From: Chrysomallon squamiferum
Lineage: Eukaryota; Animalia; Mollusca
Length of the DNA stretch: 64,000 bases
Direction of reading: 5' to 3'
Assembly (NCBI GenBank): GCA_012295275.1
Contig: CM022670.1
Location: forward strand, 9,734,001 to 9,798,000
The notes beneath the pieces were generated by a model that saw only the letters and a list, made by a program, of their open reading frames with translations, was not told the origin of the DNA and ran no database searches. Of this stretch, positions 22,801 through 36,074 are shown piece by piece. The translations under genes and the position numbers were made by a program. Numbering within the stretch: position 1 is the stretch's first letter; each line of letters opens with the position of its first letter.

Positions 22801-24377
22801 ATGGCAAGAAATGAAGAAAAACAACTTGCTCGACTGAATAGATTTTACTTGCAAAAAGATAAAGAAGGTAAATAATGCATCTGTGTTTTAGTTTATTTAA
22901 ACTTCAAATCTATTCCATGTAAAAATATTCCAAATTTGCATCCTAAAAATATTGTTAATGTAAAAAACAACAACAGTATAATAATATTTTATTTACAAAA
23001 TGGAGTAGTGTTTCTTTTTTCAGTATAGGCCTAATGCCTCATTTTCCAAATTATCTGTTTAAATATGTCAAATGATTCACTCAGGAATTTTGTATGTAAC
23101 ACCTTTTCTTTTGTTTCAAATCTAAAGACTGTAGTTTTATATATTACATAAATATTAAGACACTGTACATAAAATATATCTTGTGATATCATTTGAAAGA
23201 GAAATCTTGTTACCAAAGTGTATCTGTTATAATATATGAATATTCCTTAATGAATTTATTTATACTTTACAGTTACAAATATATATTTATATACACACAC
23301 AACAGACACACATGCACACACATGCATCAGTATATCAGTAACATCTAAACTTCATCTAAATCCATTAACACATGTCATATATTTGTATATCTCTTGTTAA
23401 CAGCACAAAAAAAAAAGAATCCACCAAGACCTAAGTTGGTGAGTTTATTTTATAGTGTGTAAAGTACTGTTCAGTCAAGATACATTTCAGTATAGTATAT
23501 TGATAAATTATTAACCTTTCTGAGTAATTTGCAGAGCAGTTTTATTTTAAAATGCAGTCAGCTGTAACAACATATTTGTAATTTACTGTTACATACAAAG
23601 TATTTTAAATACTGTAAAGAATGGAAATTTTTCATTTTAAAAATAATTTAATACTGTCAAAATATTTAATGTGAATTTTGTCATGATCTCATAAACTTGC
23701 ATATTGATTATTGAAATGATAGTGAAAAAAAATGTTTACCATAAAAATGTTTACCTGCTTTATGATAATTAGTTAATATTGTTTACAATTATATTCCTGT
23801 CAGTTACCAATATATGTTCTGTGTGGGTGTGTGTGTTTTGGTAACTCATAAAATATTTATTGTAAAATGCTAAAACTGTACATTATTCTGTGAAGAGTCA
23901 AATATTATTTCATAGTTCTGACATTGAATAATCTTGCCTGTTAAGTATGATTAATTTCTAGTTGAATACTTTATATGTTTACTGAAATTAAACTAAAGTT
24001 TATCATTTTATTAGGAAACATTACAAACCACTACTGAGATCCAGAAATGGTTGCCTTCCATCAAGCGAGATCTTGATTTCTACATAAAGGTATTGTCGTA
24101 TTTTTCACATTATTGATCCTGTGCAGATTTTTTTTTTTTTTAAATTATTTCCAGCTTTCATTTCAATCTTTTGTTTTTCTACTTTTATTTTTTTTTTAAT
24201 TTAAATAATCATCAGTTAAATCAGCCCAAAGTATTTGTTTAACATTTTTTTTATTATTCTTATTTAATTTTATACTTGTTTGTTAGTATACATACTAACA
24301 AACAAATATAAATTTAAATACATATTACTGTTAATTTTAATATGCTTTCGGTAAACTGATTTTATTTTATTTTAAAA

Positions 24378-24412
<35 letters not shown>

Positions 24413-24720
24413 CAGCAAAGTGAAGTTACATGTTACACTCAAAGTAAAATTGACCAGTTTTCAAGAAAAATAAATGCTCTGAAATGGGAGTACAGAGCTT
24501 TTGTGCAGAAGCTTCGTGAACTGAATCCTGGACTGAAGGTAACACCATGGACAGATCGACCATACGCTGGACAGAAAAGAAAAGCTGAACCATCACATAC
24601 AGGTAAAAAATCAGTATGTTGTTGTTTTTTCCTTGTGGTTTTTTTGCTAATTTTTCTCATTTTTCTAAAAAAAAAATTCTTTCTTTTCTTTTTCTTCTTA
24701 TTATTTTTGTGTTTGTTTTA

Positions 24721-24790
<70 letters not shown>

Positions 24791-26203
24791 GTGAGCTGGG
24801 GTTTCTTTTTTGTTTTGTTTTTTTCTGTTTTTTTCCTTCCTTTTTTTTTTTTTCAGTCAAGAATTATTATTAACTATAACATTGCACAATATGTAGAACT
24901 CAACAAACTGAAATTAAAAAATATATATTCTTTCTCTTTATATTTAACATCATTTATGCATATGTCATACAATTTAATGTGATTTTCAGAAAGCTAAAAA
25001 AAAAATCATAAAAAACAACTTTATTTAAAATTCAATCCATCCAGGATTCAAGCAACCATCATGATTTTTGTTGTAGTCAGAGAATCATATTTTAAAATCT
25101 TGTATTAACACCTGATCATTTCATACAATTCATATCTTAATACATAAACACATCTTTAATTAGTTTTGTTCATCTGATAATGCTAATAAATAGACCTACA
25201 CACATTACTTTTGTGCATAATAAATATTTTTGATCTTTTACATTGGAATTCTCATAATTTGCTTTTTGTAGAAAATTCATCAGTTCATCCAGATAGTGAA
25301 CAGACACCTGAAAAAGATGTGATGCCAGGTTCTCCTCCAGTATGCACAGAAAATGATAGCATAAGCAAAAGTGTTTCACTCTGTGACAGTCAAACAGTGG
25401 ATACCTCAAACAGCAGTTACCTGATAGCTGTCAGTTCAGAAGCTAACGTCATCAATGCTTATATGTTTACACCTTTGTCTACACCAGTCCTTGCAAATGA
25501 TAAATCTTACAGTGACATGTATGGCTACAGCAATCCTGCTCCAGTGATTTTGAATACCAGTAAAGAGTTGGAAGATTTGCCTTTAGAATTCAGTGGTTTT
25601 GGTAATAAAACAACAGACAGAAATTCTGATGAAGTGTCTTTAGAATTCAGCAGTTCAGTTAATAAAACAACAGACAGAAATTCTGATGAAGTGTCTTTAG
25701 AATTCAGCAGTTCAGTTAATAAAACAACAGACAGAAATTCTGATGAAGTGTCTTTAGAATCCAGCAGTTCTGATAATAAAATAACAGGTGGAAATTCTGA
25801 CATATTAATCAGCAATTTAGTTAAAAAGACAGGAGAAAAAAATGGATTGTTGGAATGTACTGAAGGGTCTCAGAAAAGACTGGACATTACTGAAAAATCT
25901 GATAATTTGGTGGAGAAATCTGATACAGATATTTTTAAGAAAACCAAACTGAAGCAATTAACACAAGAAGACCAAAAATCCAGAACATATCAACATTCTT
26001 CTGTTAAATCAATTTTAAATACAAACCAGAAAACACATCATGATGCTACAACAGCTGCTGGAACACCTGTATCTGTCACAAATCCTAATTCACTTGTTTC
26101 TGACAGAGAAAATCTTTCATTAATAACAGAATCCACTAACCTTATAGACTCTAGTTCTTTCATTGTTCCTTATTCAGACTCAGAGAGTGAAACTGATACA
26201 TAA
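22801..26203 (+). CDS. ISY1-like (Isy1 splicing-factor N-terminal domain) protein with a long Ser/Thr/acidic disordered tail, 5 exons, about 431 aa
   Basis: Exons 22801-22867, 23404-23438, 24015-24089, 24416-24602 and 25272-26203 are phase-consistent (1296 nt). The N-terminus MARNEEKQLARLNRFYLQKDKEAQKKKNPPRPKL...EIQKWLPSIKRDL...KINALKWEYRAFVQKLREL aligns by eye to the ISY1 N-terminus (MARNAEKAM..L.RF...RP...EKW...I...INKL..E...IKEL), but it is too divergent to be ISY1 itself. Confidence 0.85.
25582..25801 (+). repeat. Coding minisatellite, 57-bp (19-aa LEFSSSVNKTTDRNSDEVS), about 4 copies
   Basis: Units start at 25582, 25639, 25696 and 25753; the central two are identical. Confidence 0.92.
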
Positions 26204-28844
26204 AAAAAAGAGGTAAAACTCCAGTTTAGAAAATGAATATCAGATGATTCTGTAACATTATCCTGTGTGCCACAGTGATTCTATAAATAAAGTTGAATAT
26301 AAAATTAATTTTCACTGATCATTCAAAGTAGCAATACACAGCAATTTAAAAATAAAAAATATTTTTGCTATAAATTAGCTGCTTTTTTGGCAAATTTTAT
26401 AATTAATTAGTTTTCTTGAAACTGAAGCATTCCAATTGTTGATGATTTTGTAATTCCAAATCATAGTTATTTGACTATTACTGTGGGTTTTTGTTTTTTG
26501 AGGGGTTTGGAGGATCATTTTATTCTGATTTTTTTAAACCACCTGTGGGTTTTGTTTTAGTCAAAAACAAAAGTAAAGTATATTTTATTCAATATTTTCC
26601 TAAAACTAGGTTAGAAAATAGAATGGAGTTGAATTTATTTACAGATAGTTCTTTGTTATAAATGTCTCAAGATTTTCCTAAAATTTCATTGTTGATCATC
26701 TTTGCCACCTAAGATAATGTAAGTTTATTAGTTCTGTTACTCTGTACAGTTTTAAACTTTTTAAAAATTATTTCTGATTAAAACTAAAGCAGTGTTTCTG
26801 ATTGCTAGTGGAAACTAACAATAAGGTAATATTTAAGAAAATGAAACTAGAATTGGTACAAGAAAATTTTATTTCCAAATCTATCCACACTTCATGGAGT
26901 GCAGATGGTCAAGTAACAATACAAATCATACAAACATCCTACAGTGTATATTTTACCATCAGTAAGTATTACATGATAATGCAAAAGAAATAACCAAAAA
27001 TATGTGATTAATACAAGTTCCATTGTAATGCAGAAGGTCAGTACAGATATTTTCAAAACTATTTATCAGTGTTAAAAATAACTGGTTTCCTTCCATTTTA
27101 TTTATTTATTTATTTATTTAACATTTAAAATTTAAAATTTAGTCTAAATTTTAAAATTACTTCAAAAAAAGATAATGACTTGTTTAAAGCAATTTGTTGC
27201 AATGATTACTGTTATTGGTAATGTACCTTCCAAGTACTAAAATTAAAAAACAGATAAAATGTGATAAGTAAATAACAGTCAGTGATTATAACTTTTATCT
27301 ACTGGCTAGATGTTATTTAACAAAATTAGGCACCAACATTATTATTAGTGTTATCATTTATTTTATTTTTTTTAAATATCTTGTCCAAATTTTAAATAAT
27401 ATAAAACTTTTTGCTAATGTGCTAGTAATATTATGAACACTATCACATTTTACTTTCATGCAAATTCATCAAAACTATAAAATTAAACAGTAAAATAAAA
27501 GCTAATGTGGTTTATGAATAAAAATGGTTATTATTAAAGCTATAGCAAAAGGTTTTTAAGCCAAAAAATTAAAACAGGAAACATATTTGTAAATGAGATA
27601 TCAAATAGAATATTATGCTAAGACATATAAATGGATTAAGACTATTATAAAGGTCTTAATTATGCAGATCTGCAGTCATTATCACAGATAAGCACATAGA
27701 CTGAAAAATATATTATTTTTAAAATACAGTAAATAACACTCAACAGTAACTAAATATTGATCCTACCATAAAAACTCTTTCCAGACCGAGTAATCACAAA
27801 ATATCCTCAAAAGAATGAGCAATACAATCTTGACAAAATTTAATTCCACCTCAAAACATAAATGTGCCATTTTACTTTGATATAATTTATGACTTGATAT
27901 AACTTGTCAAAACACAAATTACAATATGTTTTAGATGTTTACTGTCTACAGTGAATGCTGTATATAAAAGTTAACTATCCCTCTCAAGTATCAAAATAAT
28001 TCTTTAAAAAGAAATTTTTGAAACTATGGACATATTATTGGTAATTCATATTAATGCCATAAGTTATGTAATTATTATTTTGAAACATTAAAATTTTCAC
28101 TTTATATACTTTCTATAATGATTTCTATTACGCAAAAAAATACAGTTCTTTCATGTATTTTCTATAAAAGTTTCTATGCTGTAAGAAAGTTACGCATAGC
28201 CTATCATGCTGTAATAAAGATAAATATAAATTCTATCACAGACACTATATTATTTATTTTGCACACATAAAAGCTAATATGAGAAGGCTTTTATTATTAA
28301 CAATTGTCAATGCTAAAATATTATATAAATGAAACAAAAAAGTATAACATTTACCAAACAATGCAGAAGCTTTGGCTGACTGAAAATTGGAAAAACAAAA
28401 GAAATAATTAGCAAACTATTTTTAACAGCTGTATCACTAAATGAACTTTGTTTGATTTCAGTGCAAGTAAAATGATGTTCAGCTATATATATGTTGCACA
28501 TAAATAACAAGTAAAACTACACACTTGTAATAGGTCTCACCTATGATAAATGTACACGCTGTATTTAAAAAAAACCCACAATGTTATCCTATAAACACAA
28601 GTGAAATTGTGGTGGTCTTTGTTTTCTAACACTGATAAACTCTCCCATTATGGTTAATTTCAAAACCACAATTTAAGAGATTGCACTAAAATGTTTATTG
28701 TTTATTATATATATTTTTTTAATAAACATCAGGTAGGCATAGTTCACATCCCCAGTGAACAACGTCTGCCATGAAACCTGAGATGTTGGCACAAACAGCC
28801 TGTGTATGCTCTGACAGAGTAGTGTCCCCTGGATTGCACTAGCT

Positions 28845-30700
28845 TTAGTTTTTACACACAGGACAACATAGCTCCTCTACTTCTATGGGAGATTCACAGT
28901 ATGGAACGGGACAAAATTCTGTTTTACACTCAATCTGGCCTCCCTGAAAAACAAAATTAAAAAAACAGATCATTATATTAACACTGAATTGAAAGATAAA
29001 TGAATTATTTGTTTTAAGGACACAGTAACAATCATTTTGCATTTTACATATAATTATTGGACAGTGATAATTTTTACCTGATTTTTTACTTGTACTTAAT
29101 TTTTTTTTTCTCATAAATTCATGGTCTTTGATAACAAACAAAGAATGATTTGATCAACCGGTGTAACTTTTAAATGTCAGTCATACTAAAGTATTTTGAT
29201 TAAACAAAGGCCAGCTGATGTTATATAAATAAATGTGTGTTATTTTATTCAAATTACATTACTTATGGCACAAAACAAAATATACTGAGCTAAAAACCAA
29301 AGACATAAAACCATTTCTGATTATTGATAACAAAATTCTTACACAGGTCAAATTAGTAATATATTTTTTTTTATAATAAACTAAATCCAGGTCTATAATT
29401 AAGTACATTCTACATACGTAAATGTATTAGATTTGTACACATTTGGTAGATTTAATGAAAGTAAGTCAGCTGTCATTTGAGAAAACATGATTCACTGGTT
29501 TTACTTACTTTGCACATGCATGTTTTGCATTTGTCGACTTTCCACTTAGAACCATTCACATGTTTTCTTCTGTTTTCATCTCGACAGTGAAGACTTGTTT
29601 TGGCCTTCACCAGGCGATATAAATATTTCATCTGCAAGTAAGAGCTTTACATAATAACCTGACATCACTCTTCCTTTCACAAACATAAATTTTTTTTTAA
29701 AATCCTTATCTTGGTATTTACTTTTAAATCATTGCCTGTGAACACAAATTTATTGCTGAAACAAAAATTATTATATTATGTAAACTTCTTTCAAGACAAT
29801 AAAATAAAAACAGAATTTATTTTTAATTATCATTTTTAGTTTTATTTTTTTTTTTTTATTTAAGTGAACGAATACAAGATATAGAATAAATTTATTTTGT
29901 TTTGTCTTGAATTGGTAATGAATGTTTTCAAGACAAAATTTTTTCCTTTAAAAACACATTACTCTATAACATTAAAAAATGATTTGACAAATTATTAATA
30001 TTATTTATGAACCCCTACTTCTGCACTATCATTATATCACTGCACAGAACACAGCTATTACGCCTATCCAAGTGATTAAATGACAATGAGCCATAACAAA
30101 TCAAAATTAATGAAATTGTAGCAGAATTTGGGAACCGAACGTTTAAATCTTCACGTTCCATTACATTTTAATTTTTCTCATTTCTTTTTATTTTTGAAAC
30201 ACTAAAAATAATAATTCTATAAGAATATGTTGCAAATACTATTTTTTGCCACACCATTTTTTTTTTTTATCTTCTTTTTCTCTTTTAAATCTTAAATTTT
30301 AAATTGCTGTAATTTTTGTTTAACTGCAATGTTTATTAAAACACATATTTGAAATAAAAAGACAAAATAGCTACCCTTCTCTGCAGCTGATGCATCGTGT
30401 CTGACATTTCTTCCAAAGCCGCCTCCATTCCTTCTATCCTGGAGTCCAGCTGAAACACGTCTTTCTTTACAGACTCAGACAGGTTCTTTGACAACCAGCT
30501 GCTGTCAAAATGACGAGGAATCTTTCTGGCTTTGCCACCGTCCACCTCCAGCGTGGGGTACTCCAAGTAGGTGATGGTGTGCGTCGAGGTGTTTGAGGAT
30601 TCTTCATTTATGGGTTTCTCGTAAGCGTAGCTGTGTTCAGCTGATCTGCGGCCGCGGAAATGTGGAGCAAACGAATGAGGACGATTATCTCGTCTACAAT
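28845..30700 (-). CDS. PXDN: Peroxidasin C-terminus: RGRR convertase site, coiled coil and vWFC domain
   Basis: HFRGRRS at about 30645-30656; [22 protein letters not shown]; [24 protein letters not shown]...CCPVCKN*. Confidence 0.9.
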
Positions 30701-31698
30701 CTGAAATTTTCAAAAAGACTGGGTCAATTTTACAATAAAAAAAAAAAAAAAAGTATTTAATATGCAAGGTGTTCTCAAATATGATGTATTGATGCTTGTA
30801 AGAAAACATTGATTTGCAGTCTTGTCAGGAAAATTAAAATCTTTGATGTGTTATTACCATTTGACATATGTGTTTACTGCTTGTTGATCTTCAATTTGTC
30901 TCATGAAATTAAGGTTAATGTCTGTAGATTATTAATATTTTAAACCATTATTTTTTCTATTATTTATTTATTTATTGCTTTGTGTAATTGTTGTACTGAA
31001 TATTTCCAATACAAATTCAAGAAAGGGGAAAATAAAAAATCTTATAGAACAGTACAAGTCACTTGCAGAGATCTCTCTTTTCATTTTTAGAATGCCATCT
31101 TGATCTAGGGTATACAGGTGATGTCTTCACCATCTCCTGTTACCTAATGTTATCCTCCTCACTTACCTGTTGATGTAGTTTTTGCTTTCACTCACCTTCA
31201 CAGCAGTCGGTCCACATTCTGAGATCAACGCGTGGAATGTCATCACAGCTGATGTACTCCTCGTCTGATTCTACCCTCTTGAACACGTCCAGCTGCACTC
31301 GGTCTATCTGGTCGCCGTTGTCACAGATGACACGAGCCAGAGAGGCGCGTTTTATCTGAGCGACTTGTTCCGCTGGGAAAATGCTGGGATTTTCATACCA
31401 GAACCTACGACAATAAAATTGTTTGGTGTTGCAGAGAAGAAAAAAAACAGTTTTGGAATAGTATAATAAAACCATAAACACAAGTTTATATAATTTTTGG
31501 TTTATACGTGGTGAAATTCCTGATTAAAAGTAAAAATTAACAAATAAGTACAAGAAAATAAATATATATTTTTTGTAATCTTTAGATATTTTTTGTTTCT
31601 AAAATTTTTATATATATACATATATATATCATTTCTAGAAACCAAAACAATTCATATAACTTAATTAACTTATACATACATACATATATGGATGTGTA

Positions 31699-31766
<68 letters not shown>

Positions 31767-31772
31767 TGTATG

Positions 31773-31809
<37 letters not shown>

Positions 31810-34800
31810 TTGTATATGTATATGTGTATGCATGTACAGTATATGAGGTTTTATTTTTTATGGGGGGAGTCATCCTTTTAAAATATTTTATAAATTCTGG
31901 CAGACAATGGGTAATCTATGATTGTTTATTGTGACAAATTCAAAGTGATGATAAATGAAATATACTTTAACACACCAACATTATTCAGTCATAACTGATT
32001 AACAACACAGCATGTGCAAGTTATGTTAAAGTATCCAGAAAATAAATGAAGCAAATCATTTTTTTATCCTAGTATAATTAACAAATTTTTATAGTTTCTA
32101 TTCACATTGCTTGTGTGTAAAAGAAATATAACACTAACTGCATTTAAAGCAAAGGAAAATGTAATTGACATGTAGTTTCTGTTCATGCTCCTTGTAATAA
32201 TGTATGTAAAGAAAACAGTGAAAAGTTAATTTAATGTATACATAACTAACCAGTAATTGCTGTTAGCACTGACTGAGCTTGTGATTGATAATGTATGTAA
32301 TTAAATTGTTTATTTTCTACAAGCAAAGAAATAAATACCTATCACCATCTCTTAGTCTCTTGAACTGGTCTGCCAAGATACACACAAATGTTGGACCAAT
32401 TTTTGCACCCTCAAGTGGTGTCTCTGACAAAGCTCCAACAAACAAGTCAACATTATCTGCAAAACAAAATATGGTTTACATATATACCACAATACATACA
32501 AAAATGTGTTTGTCGTTGTCTGTTCATACATGTGTATATAATTATAAATATAAATGCACACACACACACACACATAAAGACACATACTAAAATCCCAGAT
32601 CAAAATAATCAATCCAAATTACCTGGACTGCCATAGAGTGCCTGCATCTTCTGTCTGGTGTCTCGGTCTGTGATTTCATTTCTGAAGTCGTTAAATGATG
32701 CAGCCACACTCAAGTTACAGAACTTTCTGTATGAATTGTAAAAAGGCATGCCATGGTCACGTCCCCGCTGAACATTCAGTGAAGCAAGGTCCATCCCTAT
32801 TGCGTTGGACAGGATAAACAGCTTCTCAGTCAGTTCTGAGTTCAGCAGTTCATTTGGTTCTTTCTTCTTGGCCGGAACAGCGAACATGCCTCTAAGTAAT
32901 GGATCGATTCCTCCTTCCTCCATGATACGATATGGTGAGAAGAATGCTTTGTGAAGAGGAAGATTACCTTCTGGAATGGGAAGAAGCGATTCATTCAGCC
33001 GGTACATGATAGGCTGGACTATTGAATGTCCAAACCTGAAGGCAGCCGTAGCAAATTCATTTACAATTGAAGGGTTTACATTCGGGTCATAACCTTTGTA
33101 TTCTCCAATCATGGCCATTCCTTTGGGTCCAATGACATATGGAAGCCAGTGTGAGTAAGTGATGTGTTGTATGATGGCTCCTATCAGCTTCCTTGTGGTG
33201 TGGTAGATCTTGTTGCCATCCCAGTGTGGATTCAACTGGCGAAATATTGTTGCAATCCGATTGTGTTCTCTGAACCAAAGTGTGTGCATGGATGTGAGAG
33301 CCAAGTGTTCATTGACTCTGTGGTCTCCAGCTATGAAACAAGGAACATGTCTCTTGGATGATTCGATCTGGCAGTCCATTTCTGCCAGTTTATTGTCGTC
33401 AAATGGCAGAAAGCGTGACCCATGAATTGTAATTGGTCCCTCTCTCAGTAAACCCCTCCCAGTGGCCAGTTCTCTTAAATGCTCGGCTTCCCTCGCTGTG
33501 CTACCATAAATCTGCGAGGCATCAATGTAAGATGTCAGGGTGTTGATCTGTTCTCTAGGTGCCACGGTGTTGAAGAAAATGGACGTGGCTCCAGAGTTGC
33601 AAATGGCGCTTGATCGTGCAAAGCCCATACACTGGTTGCGTAACTCTGAGATCACTGTTTGGCACTGGAATGGGAAAACAGGGACTCTGATTTTCACAGG
33701 TTTCGTTGCACCGTCTCCCATCACTGAACCTCGCTGCACTGACTGCCTGTGGAGTGAGGGACATGTCATGGTCCATGAACTGACCCCACTGCATCAGCAT
33801 GTGCGTGTTCTTCTCATCCTGGGTTATGTGATGTGCCGACATCATCAGGGACGACACCAGACGTGGACTAGGAAGATGGTGTCCATTGTAAAGCTTAGCT
33901 CTGTTCCAACCTGAAAGAGTAAAAATGCATTTTTGTAATTTTATATGGTCTAGTTTTACACTTAATTTTTCTCTCACAGTTTCTTTTTTTTTTTTTTTTT
34001 TTTTTTTTGTTTTTAATTATTTTTTATCTGTGGTGATTTTATATTATTCTTAATTTTTAATTAGTACAGATAGAAGACAGTTAGAACATTGTATAATCTT
34101 TTGTTTTGTTTTTCATTTTCCTGGGATTCATTTCTTCTTTTTACTTTCCATTCAATGTAATATTTACTTATAAACAAAGAAAACAACTAACTGTCAGCTT
34201 CTATTAAATGTAGAAACAATAATTTGGTTACATTCAATAATTCACTGAGCAATGAGTTGATTACATTCAATATTTCACTGAGCAGTAAACCAATCATATT
34301 TGATATTTCACTGAGCAGTAAACTGACTACATTCGATATTTCACTGAGCAGTAAACTGACTATATTCGATATTTCACTGAGCAGTAAACTGACTACATTT
34401 GACATTTCACTGAACAGTAAACTGACTACATTCGATATTTCACTGAGCAGTAAACCGATCATATTCAATATTTCACTGAACAGTAAACTGACTACATTCA
34501 ATATTTCACTGAACAGTAAACTGACTACATTCGATATTTCACTGAGCAGTAAACTGACTACATTCGACATTTCACTGAACAGTAAACTGACTACATTCGA
34601 TATTTCACTGAGCAGTAAACCGATCATATTCAATATTTCACTGAGCAGTAAACTGACCACATTCAACAATTCAGCGAGTTGTTAACGGAGCATACCTACG
34701 GGGGTGTTAAATCCATTTTCATATATTGGAGGCAGCAGTCTCTCGAAAGCCATGTTTGATGCCCCCCACTGAGGGTGTATCTGGTTGTTGCAGGTTCCGT

Positions 34801-36036
34801 CGTGGGTGCGGTACTTGTGGTGGAAGCAGGTGTCTGAGCAGTCGACGTGGCGCGTCTGCTGGTTGCAGCCAGACATGTTTGCTATCAGTGCTAGGTGAGC
34901 AGGAGAAACCAGCTCTCGGTATCGGTTTTCTAGGAGTAACATAAATAAAAATTTGTAAATCTTCAGCATACTAATTCTGTTTGTAAGGTATATATATATA
35001 TATATATACAAAATGTATTTAATCTTTTGTATTTAACTAATAAGAACAGTTAGAATAATTTCACAAAATTTAAAAAAAAAAAAAAAAATTAAAAAATTAA
35101 AATGATTGTTAGTTTTATCACAGTTTTAATAACCAACTAAAACTTATTAAAACCAAACACATCAGTAGAATGGACATTTTTTTAACTCTCTTTTATAATA
35201 AAAATTATTTAAAGTGGGGTTTTGTTTGTTTTATTTTTATCTTTTATTTTATTATTATTATTTTTTAAATCTGTGGTGACTGAAATAAATAACCTTTTTT
35301 TTAAATTTAAAAAAATTGTTTTGGTATCTTGACCAATCTTTACTAGCAATAACTTATATTTTTATTTTACTTTGAATCAGACTGCTGTGATCCTCTTTAG
35401 ATAATGTATTAACTAATGTTATAAGAGAAAAAAGGAAAATGGCTGTGCCTAAAATCTTATATTTTTTGATCTTCAGATAAGAAACTTTAATGTACCATGT
35501 CCCTCCAGATTATAGTTGTGTCCTTGTCTAACATGGTTTGTAATTATCTCCAGCGTTTGTTCAAATATCTCCTCAGCTCTGGCCAGCTCCAGGGCCTCTG
35601 GTGCTGGATATTTGAATAAAAACATCAAATCCTGCACAGAATGAGTTCGGCTTCGGTTAAACAACTCCAGCACTGTGTTGTTGATTGCTTCGTTGACACT
35701 GTTAGTTGCATCCCGGATAGCTCCCAGAACAAACCTGTCTCCTGGTCTTGTCTGGGTTGAAGTCCCTGTTAAATACAAATACAAAGACAGACACAGTGAA
35801 ACAGACTATATGGGATATTACAGGCAGTGAAACAGTGTTAGTGCTAAAACTATGAGTATAGCAAGCTATTGTATTTTGAATCACACTATAATATTTGTAT
35901 AATCCACTGTATTTATATCCAAAGAAACATTTTTTGTACTTCATGTTAGTTTTAATAGACTGTCATTTTATTATTATTATTATTATCATTTTACCCACTT
36001 CATAATTTTAGACACTGTAATTATTAGAAATTTAAC

Positions 36037-36074
<38 letters not shown>

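Noticed and set aside
24603-24982. Poly-Phe and poly-Lys ORFs
   Set aside because: Poly-T intron of the ISY1-like gene; only 24416-24602 is exonic.
34187-34685. 160-aa and 153-aa repeat ORFs resembling LRR or repeat proteins; CRISPR-like periodicity
   Set aside because: These are translations of a 33-bp minisatellite with no unique spacers, lying in a eukaryotic intron.
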